Source: a virus (Duplodnaviria > Caudoviricetes). Taken from it: a stretch of 64,000 nucleotides of DNA. Positions 56,284 through 64,000 of this stretch are shown here, piece by piece. The stretch is from the IMG/VR virus record IMGVR_UViG_3300028557_000038, positions 2,072-66,071 of that record; one strand, given 5' to 3'. Each line of letters opens with the position of its first letter. Position 1 is the stretch's first letter. Made by a program: the position numbers and the translations under genes. Below the pieces are notes generated by a model. It was given only the letters and a program-made list of their open reading frames with translations, ran no database searches and was not told the origin of the DNA.

Positions 56284-57786
56284 TTAGTTCAGCGTCTTTT
56301 GGCTGAGGTCGATGACGATGAACTCTGCTGGATATTGAAGAGCCACACCAACTTGGATGTGAACTTCTCCATTTGCAATCTGCTGTGCGCTGTTGTTCTC
56401 TCCATCACACTTGATGAAGAATGCTTGAGCGTTAGTTGCTCCACGGAGACCGCCTTGGTTCTTGTACTCGTTCAAGAATGAGCCAAGAGTTGTACGAATC
56501 TGTGCCCATAGACGTTCGTCATTGTTCTCGAACAATGCGAACTCTGTAAGGTTCTGTAGATTCTTACGGATGTAGTTAAGTGAGCGGCGCATGTTGACGT
56601 ACTTGTTAGCAGTGCCGTCTTGCTTGAGTGTACGAGCACCCATGACAGAAAGACCAGCGCCAGGAATCTGACGGATTGGGTTTACTGGAGATGTGCTTGC
56701 GTTGAGTGAATCAAGTTCAGTTGAGGTAAATGTCTTTTCTACAGAAACAATTCCTTGAACAGAAGCACCGATACCTGCTGGAGCCTTGAAGACACCACGG
56801 CTTGCATCTGTTGATAGGTAGAGTCCTGCTACCGCACCTGATGGTCCGATCTTGCGTAGTGCACCAGCACCACGTCCAAGAGGATCAGAGATAAATACGT
56901 GTGGGTAGTAGACAGCGATTGCTGCTGAGTCTGTAAGAGATCCAGCAAACGAGATTGCATTTGCGACAGTCTGGCTAGAAGCAGTCTCAGCAACTACGAA
57001 TGAGTTGTTTGATTCTGACCAACTTGATGCTGCGTCATACACTTCTGCTTCATCTGCTGACAGGCTGTGGATTCCTGGAAGGAATACGACGAGTGGACGA
57101 GCAAGAGGAGAGAAGTCTTCAAATACTGCAGATCCTGTTCCCTTGTAGTCTGTGTAGTCAGCGGCTACTGGAGTAGTTCCGTTTGATCCACCTGTCAAAG
57201 GATAGGTAGTTGATACTGGAACACCTGCAGCGCTGCTTGAGATTGTGATGTTTGGTGATACTAGGTTGACTACTGTCTCGGCAAAATCGCTAGACGCTGA
57301 GTCATCGAATACAACATTCTCATAGCGCTCAAGAAGGATGTCATCGTTAATATCGTTTGCTACACCAGACTCCTTGTAGACAGTCAATGTGTAGGTTGAA
57401 GCAACTGATCCAGCGGTTACAACAACACGAAGGTTGTTACCATCTGCTCCAGCGTTCTTTGATGTTACAGTAGCAACAACAAGACTTCCTGATGTAAGAA
57501 GGTTTACTGTTGCTGAATCTGCATCATCTGCAAGTAGACGCTTAACAAATAGTTCACGTCCACCGTTGGCAAAGAATGACCCAACACCGAAGGTGGCTGG
57601 GTAAGAAGCGTTGTATCCACCAAAGTACTTAGTGAACTCGTACCAAGATGTAACAAGAGTTACAGTCTCTGGGCCTTGTGCGAAAGGTGCAACAACTGCA
57701 CCAGCAGAGTCTGCACTTACTCCCGCAGGGAGTGTTGCTGGTAGTAGGCGTTCACTAATGTAAACACCTGGGCGGCTATATGCCAT
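56284..57786 (-). CDS. Tail sheath protein
   Basis: RPGVYISE, RGVFKAPAG, GARTL, YVNMRR, FENND, PAEFI. Confidence 0.95.
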   Translation of the reverse strand: MAYSRPGVYISERLLPATLPAGVSADSAGAVVAPFAQGPETVTLVTSWYEFTKYFGGYNASYPATFGVGSFFANGGRELFVKRLLADDADSATVNLLTSGSLVVATVTSKNAGADGNNLRVVVTAGSVASTYTLTVYKESGVANDINDDILLERYENVVFDDSASSDFAETVVNLVSPNITISSSAAGVPVSTTYPLTGGSNGTTPVAADYTDYKGTGSAVFEDFSPLARPLVVFLPGIHSLSADEAEVYDAASSWSESNNSFVVAETASSQTVANAISFAGSLTDSAAIAVYYPHVFISDPLGRGAGALRKIGPSGAVAGLYLSTDASRGVFKAPAGIGASVQGIVSVEKTFTSTELDSLNASTSPVNPIRQIPGAGLSVMGARTLKQDGTANKYVNMRRSLNYIRKNLQNLTEFALFENNDERLWAQIRTTLGSFLNEYKNQGGLRGATNAQAFFIKCDGENNSAQQIANGEVHIQVGVALQYPAEFIVIDLSQKTLN

Positions 57787-57817
57787 TTTTTCTCCTAACT
57801 AGTTGGGTAAGGGTTCC

Positions 57818-58495
57818 TTATGGTGTCGTTATTGTGATCGGTTCTACAGCAGTAAACTGACCACGACCAATTACTTGGCTGCCAGTTGTGCCTGTAACGT
57901 TGAGTTCTTGTACCTTGTAGAGTTTATTGAATGTGGATGGAGCGATCTCGCTAGAGACACGCACCGTGATTGCGTTTACGAATAAACGTTTTCCTTGCTC
58001 TGTAATATCTCGCTTAGAGATATCAAGAACATCCAGACGACGTGTAGTTCCGAACTGAGTATTTTCACCCACATTCAAAACTGCAAATCGTAATGGAATC
58101 TTTGTGTACAGCAACTGCGCCAAGATCTGACGATCATGACGTGGCTGACGTGCATAGGTTGTGATCTGGTAATCAATATTTACTGGAACAGGAAAGTCCA
58201 TGTCCTTACCATGCAGGTCTGTATCCCAGTTAACACCTGTTGCCATAGTGTCTGGGTCTGCGTAATAGTTAGGATTGACTTTGCCGCGATGTGCACGATC
58301 AAACGCCTCTGCGATATCGATCATGTCAATAGTGATGTAAGGGTATGACTGGTTACGGATTTCCTGGTCAGGTTGTCCAAACCATACGCCTACCTTGCGT
58401 TGTGGGCCATCTTCAGTAACTGACTTCTGATCAGTAACAAACATGTCTTTAAGTAGGTTACGAAGTGCTTCATCTTCATCTAACAAGAAACTCAT
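57818..58495 (-). CDS. Tail terminator/completion protein
   Basis: YPYITI...PVNIDYQI; directly upstream of sheath. Confidence 0.6.
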   Translation of the reverse strand: MSFLLDEDEALRNLLKDMFVTDQKSVTEDGPQRKVGVWFGQPDQEIRNQSYPYITIDMIDIAEAFDRAHRGKVNPNYYADPDTMATGVNWDTDLHGKDMDFPVPVNIDYQITTYARQPRHDRQILAQLLYTKIPLRFAVLNVGENTQFGTTRRLDVLDISKRDITEQGKRLFVNAITVRVSSEIAPSTFNKLYKVQELNVTGTTGSQVIGRGQFTAVEPITITTP

Positions 58496-58809
58496 AGGTG
58501 ATCCTCCAGATGCTGGAAGAGGCGATTGACTAGGAAGTTCTCTGACTCAGCGGTGCGATTTGCTGTATGGCGAATGGCTCCACTTGGTTGTCTGCTAGGA
58601 GTTCCGTACTCGTAATCGAGTGCCTCGGCATGATGCTTCTCACTGACATTAGCAGCAAAGCCGTTCTTGCTGTAGGAGACACTGGTGCTGCTCACGACGT
58701 GCGATGGCCATCCATTTGCTTTGGCTTCTGATCGCAGGTGTGCTCCTACAAGTCGAGAGGTCTCGTGGCTTGCTTTGTGAATGGAGTTAAGGACGTGGTC
58801 TTTCTTCAC
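58492..58809 (-). CDS. Neck protein (HK97 gp10-like)
   Basis: DYEYGT...P..AIR. Confidence 0.5.
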   Translation of the reverse strand: MKKDHVLNSIHKASHETSRLVGAHLRSEAKANGWPSHVVSSTSVSYSKNGFAANVSEKHHAEALDYEYGTPSRQPSGAIRHTANRTAESENFLVNRLFQHLEDHL

Positions 58810-58994
58810 TTCTTTTTCCTGGCCTTCGCAACGGTTTTGCCAGCAACTTTTCCACCGACGTAGCCTGCGATAAGACCAGTAATAATTGGTTGTTTGTCTT
58901 TTGGACGATAGCCGAATGCACCACGCATAAACTCTTCGACTTCATCTTTGCCGTTCAATTCAGCGGCACGCTCATACCAAGGCTTCCAAGCCAT
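58806..58994 (-). CDS. Small hypothetical protein
   Basis: AAGGGG RBS. Confidence 0.55.
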   Translation of the reverse strand: MAWKPWYERAAELNGKDEVEEFMRGAFGYRPKDKQPIITGLIAGYVGGKVAGKTVAKARKKK

Positions 58995-59069
58995 AATAAA
59001 CCCCTTTATCGCAAGTAGTGGGAACTACACAGGCACCGCAGCGGTGGTCTGATATTGCAATGATAAATG

Positions 59070-59092
59070 AAAAAGCCACCCGTAGGTGGCTT
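59070..59092 (-). terminator. Intrinsic terminator
   Basis: Minus strand AAGCCACC-TACG-GGTGGCTTTTT with C(UACG)G loop. Confidence 0.85.
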
Positions 59093-59097
59093 AGTCA

Positions 59098-59799
59098 TTA
59101 CTTCTTTTTAATCTTTTTAACGATCGCCACGTCCATCTTGCGGTCGTCTTCCTGAGACTTAGGCTTGCGGTGCTTCTTGTCCATCTTCTCAAACATAGCC
59201 TTCTGCTTTTTGTCTAGACCCTTAGTGGTCTTGGCATCCTGCCTCTTGTCTGAGTCTTTGGTGTATTTCACTACATGCCTTTTTTCTTGTTCATAGTCAT
59301 CTTTGGCGCTTTACCTTTTTTAAGGGCTTTGAAGTCAGCGCCAGTGATCTTGTCTGTTGGCTTTGCAGCCCCAGCGATCTTCATCTGCTTAGGAGTAAGA
59401 GTCTTCTTCATCACTTCTTGTCCTTCTTCTTCTTAGTCGGTTTACTTGTGGCTTTTGCAAACTTCTTATTAGCAGCGGCAAGAGTCTTCATGCCGTGTTT
59501 ATCCTTAGGCTTCATGCAGCCACAGGTTGCACACATTACTTCTTCTTTGCCTTACATGCTTTACAGGTACCGCAAGTACACTTCTTTGCTTTTGACTTTG
59601 GGCCTTTACCAAATCCTGGCTCACCCTTTTTCTTACCACATCCACATGCTGCACACATTTACTTGCTCACTTTCTTCTTAGGTTTGGATTTTGGAACGCC
59701 CTTTGCAGGAACGCAATTAGGAACTTTCTTGCCATTCTTCATCTTCATACCTACCTGGGTGTAACCATCCCAGCAAGGATCTGTCTTCTTGGTTGCCAT
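59098..59799 (-). CDS. Five tiny Lys-rich ORFs (59098-59271, 59271-59411, 59411-59536, 59536-59658, 59659-59799)
   Basis: Not in track; coupled start/stop codons, e.g. MCATCGCMKPKDKH, MCAACGCGKKKG, MATKKTDPCWDGY. Confidence 0.7.
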
Positions 59800-60062
59800 T
59801 AGCAATCCCACTTTCGTAGTGCCAAGGCTTTACGGGTTGGCTTGCCGTTCTTTTCCATAGGACCTTCCATGCCTCCCATACGTGCACAGAAGGACTTACG
59901 TCGTGCTGCAGACTTTGGTGACTTTTTTGCTTGCTTAGCAGATACTGGAGGTTTTAAATCTGAACCAGGGTTAGCCTTCTCGTAAGACTTACGTCCCTTT
60001 TCGTTAAGGCCGCCTTTGGCGTTCTTACCTTCTTTGCGTTGCCATGCTTCTGACTTAGCCAT
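59799..60062 (-). CDS. DUF6321-like basic protein
   Basis: GGLNEKGR...RRKSFCARM...ALRKWDC. Confidence 0.75.
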   Translation of the reverse strand: MAKSEAWQRKEGKNAKGGLNEKGRKSYEKANPGSDLKPPVSAKQAKKSPKSAARRKSFCARMGGMEGPMEKNGKPTRKALALRKWDC

Positions 60063-60285
60063 TCTTCTTGTGCCAATCTTTAGTCGCCTTAACTCCTTGG
60101 GCAATTGTCTTTGCCCCTGCCTTCTTTGTCAGGTTAATCTTGTCGTAGGCTCCACCTCGTTTTGCGTGGTCGACGATTACATCACCCTGCTTGTTCTTTT
60201 TGATTGTGTGAACTTCACGGGCTGGCTTACCAGGAACTTTAATACCAATCTTTACTGGCTTCTCAACTGGCTTCTTCTCAGCCAT
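60055..60285 (-). CDS. Basic hypothetical protein
   Basis: ORF track. Confidence 0.6.
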   Translation of the reverse strand: MAEKKPVEKPVKIGIKVPGKPAREVHTIKKNKQGDVIVDHAKRGGAYDKINLTKKAGAKTIAQGVKATKDWHKKNG

Positions 60286-60452
60286 TACTTCTTCTTCTTC
60301 TTTGAAAGACCTGCTTCTGAAAGAGAAATTGCAAGGGCCTGCTTCTTTGATTTAACTATTGGGCCCTTTTTAGATCCGCTATGAAGTTTACCTTCTGAGT
60401 ACTCCCGCATCACTTTCTCAACCTTGCCCTTGTTAACTTTCTTCGCTGCCAT
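60285..60452 (-). CDS. DUF6496-like basic protein
   Basis: KVEKVMREY..GKLHSGS...KQALAI.LSEA. Confidence 0.7.
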   Translation of the reverse strand: MAAKKVNKGKVEKVMREYSEGKLHSGSKKGPIVKSKKQALAISLSEAGLSKKKKK

Positions 60453-60577
60453 TACGAATCCTCCCAATCATCGAGGTCTTCCTCGTCTAGGGCGTGCTTG
60501 TCGTAGTCGAGGTCATCTAATTCTACCTCTTCGTCCTCAAAGAGCGAAGGGTCTAACTCTGTCTCGAAATCTTCCAT
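60452..60577 (-). CDS. Tiny highly acidic protein
   Basis: MEDFETELDPSLFEDEEVELDDLDYDKHALDEEDLDDWEDS; AAGGA RBS. Confidence 0.6.
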   Translation of the reverse strand: MEDFETELDPSLFEDEEVELDDLDYDKHALDEEDLDDWEDS

Positions 60578-60594
60578 CACAATCCTTCCTGAAA

Positions 60595-61707
60595 TTAAGA
60601 CTCAGGATAATAAGGAATTACGTACTGCACACTGTTAATGAGGACCTTTAGATATCCAGCAGGTGTTGCTGGTAGAGCACTTGCTGCTCCTGCACTTCCG
60701 ACAGTCGTCTGTGTGTCACCTGTTGCAAAAGCGGTTGATCCACTTGTTCCTTGTGAGCCAAGTGTTCCCTGGATACCGACAGTGCCTTGTACTCCTTGTA
60801 CTCCCTGTGTTCCTTCAGTGCCTTGTGTACCTGTACCAGTTGCACCCTGTAAACCAGATGCGCCTTGTGTACCTTCAGTACCTTGGCTACCAACTGTTCC
60901 TTGAGTTCCTTGCAATCCTTGTGCGCCAAGAGTTCCTTGAGCACCTTGCGTGCCAACTGATCCTTGTGTGCCGTCAGCGCCCTGCGCTCCAACTGTGCCT
61001 TGCGTTCCTTGAATAGCAGCGCCTTGTGCTCCCTGCGTTCCAAGAGAGCCCTGTACACCCTGTGCACCAGTTGATCCCTGTGTGCCTTGTATAGATGCGC
61101 CTTGAGTTCCTTGCGTACCCTGCGCCTGTGCAAAACCTGCACCAGCAGTTCCTTGAACACCCTGTACTCCACGGAATCCCTGTACACCCTGTGTACCTTG
61201 CGCTCCTAGATCTCCGTCAACACCTTTTGCGCCTTGCGCTCCTGTTGCACCTTGCACACCGAGGTGTCCTTGTGCACCTTGTGCACCTGCAGTTCCACGA
61301 GATCCCTGTACACCTTGAATACCTTGATCGCCATCATTTGCAGCAGTACCTTGTACACCTTGTACACCTTGTGCACCACTTGCACCAGATGATCCCTGCA
61401 CACCTTGTGAGCCACGAGTTCCTTGTGTTCCTTGTGTTCCGTTATCGCCATCAATACCTTGTGCACCAGCACTACCTTGTACACCCTGCGTTCCGTTAGT
61501 TCCGTTAGAGCCACCAGTACCTTGTGCACCAGTTGCACCACGAGATCCTTGAACACCAGTACGGCCTTGTACACCTTGCGTACCTTGTGTACCTTCAAGA
61601 CCATTGTCAGTCTCGATAGACTGCACACGAGTATTAAGGTCTTGAAGAGAGGCGTTGAGAGTTGTATCCCAATTTGCTTGGCCCCTAGTAGGTAGAGTGA
61701 ATGTCAT
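60595..61707 (-). CDS. Collagen-like fibre protein
   Basis: Long G-X-Q triplet repeat (GTQGVQG). Confidence 0.85.
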   Translation of the reverse strand: MTFTLPTRGQANWDTTLNASLQDLNTRVQSIETDNGLEGTQGTQGVQGRTGVQGSRGATGAQGTGGSNGTNGTQGVQGSAGAQGIDGDNGTQGTQGTRGSQGVQGSSGASGAQGVQGVQGTAANDGDQGIQGVQGSRGTAGAQGAQGHLGVQGATGAQGAKGVDGDLGAQGTQGVQGFRGVQGVQGTAGAGFAQAQGTQGTQGASIQGTQGSTGAQGVQGSLGTQGAQGAAIQGTQGTVGAQGADGTQGSVGTQGAQGTLGAQGLQGTQGTVGSQGTEGTQGASGLQGATGTGTQGTEGTQGVQGVQGTVGIQGTLGSQGTSGSTAFATGDTQTTVGSAGAASALPATPAGYLKVLINSVQYVIPYYPES

Positions 61708-61722
61708 GAGAGATTACCTTTC

Positions 61723-62328
61723 TTACAAGCCATACTCGCCAGTGCCGTAACCATCAAGACCATATGCATTATTGGTATTGATAGTTGCAGCGCTCTGGTA
61801 AGGAAGTGATTGGAATTGCGGATCATTAACAAGTTCTTCAGCATTGACCTGGTTGCAGTCAATAGTGACCACTGAGTAGCGCTCTTTGTAGAGACCACGA
61901 GGAAGGACACGGGTAGGAACGAATACGAGGTCGTGGAATACGACACGGTCTTTAATATGCTGTGCTGGATCTGTAATCATTGCTGGAAGAAGTCTGTTGA
62001 TATCTGCCACAGCAACTACTAGGCGCAATGTATCTGTGGTGTAGTAACCACGTTCATTCATGATGTTAGTACCACGTAATTGTTGCGCCATAATAACGGG
62101 CAGTTTGAACGGCTCATTCCAGCGGCGACCCTTGCCATCTTCCTGGTTGGAGACGTCATAGACTGGGTCGACAAAGGTGTCATAGTCAGCAGCAAGGGCA
62201 GCATCATCCCAGAGCCACCAGTTGACCTCTGTACCTACAGGGTCACGGAGTTCGTCAACGATGCCTTCATCCATTGACATAGTCTCATAGTCGATCTTAA
62301 ATCGACCCTGTACCTTGTTACCACGCAT
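61723..62328 (-). CDS. Head-closure/adaptor-like protein
   Basis: ERGYYTTDTL...KDRVVF; structural cluster context. Confidence 0.45.
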   Translation of the reverse strand: MRGNKVQGRFKIDYETMSMDEGIVDELRDPVGTEVNWWLWDDAALAADYDTFVDPVYDVSNQEDGKGRRWNEPFKLPVIMAQQLRGTNIMNERGYYTTDTLRLVVAVADINRLLPAMITDPAQHIKDRVVFHDLVFVPTRVLPRGLYKERYSVVTIDCNQVNAEELVNDPQFQSLPYQSAATINTNNAYGLDGYGTGEYGL

Positions 62329-62422
62329 GGTTAGGATTATCCCCTATCGGTACTAAGAAAAAAGTATTAAGGGGCGACCTCTACTTCTACCCAAGAGACC
62401 GTCTCTTCATCTTGTTTATACT

Positions 62423-62743
62423 TTAAAAAATTAAAGCGTCGACTTCTTCTTCCGTGAGTGGAGTGCCTGACATGAGTTTAGCCTTAGCACTTGCTTTTAA
62501 TGCCATCAATGGAGTGATTTTAGATTCCCCTGGTAAACCTTTTCCACTAGGGGCATTGACCAAAACTGCTGGATCATGTGCAGCAATTGAAGCCTCGGCC
62601 CAAGCAGCAGCCTCTGCCTCAGAGTCAAATGGGTCGCCGTTTGGGTAATCTGGTTGGAACTGGTACGGAACATCCTCATCGCCGTTAAAGATTCGAATAG
62701 CGAACCCGTTCTCGGCAGTATCTATCTCGTAACGTTTTGTCAT
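62423..62743 (-). CDS. Fibre-associated small protein
   Basis: Follows fibre gene; QPDYPNGDPF..A..WA, SAKAKL. Confidence 0.5.
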   Translation of the reverse strand: MTKRYEIDTAENGFAIRIFNGDEDVPYQFQPDYPNGDPFDSEAEAAAWAEASIAAHDPAVLVNAPSGKGLPGESKITPLMALKASAKAKLMSGTPLTEEEVDALIF

Positions 62744-62755
62744 TTCATGCCTTTC

Positions 62756-64000
62756 TTATGCGTAAGTAATTGCTTCAACGGTGTTGTCTCCGCCTGTAGT
62801 CATAAACATTCCATTGCCATACGCAGTGTAATTTACTGAACCATAGTTTGTTGCGCCTGCACGTGTGCGTTCTGTCCACGTGATTGCATCTGTAGAGTTC
62901 AATGAGTTCTTGAAGTTGGTTCCAGAAAGAATCAAGAACATGGAGCCCGCAACCCCAGGGACTCGACCCATTGCGCTAGGCGCAGTCCTTGTTACCCAAG
63001 TAATTCCGTCTGTGGTTGTCTGGTAAGTGGCACTGCCCTGATGGGGAACAAAGAACACGGAGCCGTTCCATCCGATTCCTGGTCCGACATTGCTTGCTAC
63101 GTTCATAGTCCTTGCAGTCCAAGTAATTCCGTCTGGAGAAGTCTGTGCTTCGTTGGATGTATTTGACACAGAAAGAAAAATACCGTTACCCCATGCCATG
63201 CCACCCCAGCCAGCGGCTGAGGTACCAGTTCTTGCAGTCCAGTTAGTTCCGTCTGTCGAAGTCTCGATGAGAGTCGTGCCATACCCTGTTGCAGCAAAGA
63301 TTGACCCGTTCCAGACCATTCCAAAACAGTTCTTGGAGCCATAGGTCCTTGCAGTCCAAGTACTTCCGTTAGATGATGTAGCGTAATCGGAACCCCCACC
63401 TGGCATGACAATAATGGTGCCATTCCCAGTAGGATTTCTCCAGGAAGTAGCACTGGGTAAAGTCCTTGCAGTCCAAGTATTTCCATCTGTTGAAGTCTGT
63501 GCTACGTCCTCGCCGTAGTTTCCAGGAGGTGAACCTGGGACAAAGAATTGTGGAGCGATGAATACCCCATTGGCAAACCACATTGAGTAGTTTTTGCCCG
63601 AAACCATAGAAGTCTTTGAAGTCCAATTACCAAATACAGGAGCAGCAAGGGGAGTTACAGAGTTAGAAACAGAAGAAGCCGCAGATGTTCCATTGGCATT
63701 AGTTGCTGTCATAGTAAAGATATAAGCCTGACCTTGAGCAAATGTTCCAGTAACAGTAAGAGGAGTCGAAGAGCCCGAAGTAGATAGAGAAATTGAAGGA
63801 CTACTTGTTACTGTGTAAGAACTAATTGCAGAGCCACCAGTAGCACCCTCTGTAAATGGCACAGAGACAGTAGTGTTATTTGTTCTTGTAACTGTACCAA
63901 TAGTAGGAGCCTGTGGAACAGTTGTGGCTGTAATGCTATTAGATGCCGCTGTTGCTGCAGATGTTCCTGTTGTGTTACCGCCTGTTACAGTAAATGTGTA
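62756..64000 (-). CDS. Fibre/receptor-binding protein with FN3 and BNR-like repeats (5' end outside window)
   Basis: VPQAPTIG...ATGGSAISSYTV (FN3); repeated SxDGxTWTART. Confidence 0.75.
   Translation of the reverse strand, partial: YTFTVTGGNTTGTSAATAASNSITATTVPQAPTIGTVTRTNNTTVSVPFTEGATGGSAISSYTVTSSPSISLSTSGSSTPLTVTGTFAQGQAYIFTMTATNANGTSAASSVSNSVTPLAAPVFGNWTSKTSMVSGKNYSMWFANGVFIAPQFFVPGSPPGNYGEDVAQTSTDGNTWTARTLPSATSWRNPTGNGTIIVMPGGGSDYATSSNGSTWTARTYGSKNCFGMVWNGSIFAATGYGTTLIETSTDGTNWTARTGTSAAGWGGMAWGNGIFLSVSNTSNEAQTSPDGITWTARTMNVASNVGPGIGWNGSVFFVPHQGSATYQTTTDGITWVTRTAPSAMGRVPGVAGSMFLILSGTNFKNSLNSTDAITWTERTRAGATNYGSVNYTAYGNGMFMTTGGDNTVEAITYA

Noticed and set aside
60638-61695. Several long alternative-frame ORFs over the collagen-like gene
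   Set aside because: Artefacts of the G-X-Q triplet repeat.
62756-63500. Repeated GTCCTTGCAGTCCA-type DNA as a DGR or invertible cassette
   Set aside because: Explained by in-frame WTART BNR-like protein repeats; no reverse transcriptase or invertase nearby.

Overview
A 64-kb segment of a large tailed dsDNA phage with a contractile tail. Two WhiB genes point to an actinobacterial host, and the moderate GC suggests low-GC freshwater Actinobacteria (inference). The minus strand carries head-tail, tail and baseplate genes (44.4-64 kb), a replication/recombination cluster (27.3-43.5 kb: replication initiator, loader, DnaB, primase, SNF2 helicase, SSB, family A polymerase, RecA, resolvases, WhiB, SpoVS), a class II ribonucleotide reductase and many small hypothetical genes. 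A compositionally distinct plus-strand block (~2.72-15.29 kb) holds an AAA+/VWA pair, HNH nucleases, WhiB, a sigma-region-4-like HTH, an excisionase-like HTH, a tyrosine recombinase and a lytic transglycosylase. Four observations stand out. (1) A ~650-nt highly structured non-coding leader (3.9-4.55 kb) has three segments perfectly complementary, in nested order, to a contiguous 35-nt trailer just before the operon terminator ~8.8 kb downstream, suggesting a split RNA that clasps the whole early operon. (2) The block appears purged of GCNGC, CCNGG, GGNCC and GGCC sites, and its proteins lack Ala-Ala, as expected for first-injected DNA or a long terminal repeat. (3) A frame-independent ~12-bp repeat field marks its right edge. 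(4) An N-terminal L[SN]xxQF tag is shared by unrelated GNAT-, ParB- and ART-like proteins. All calls come from reading the sequence by eye; no database searches or folding programs were run.
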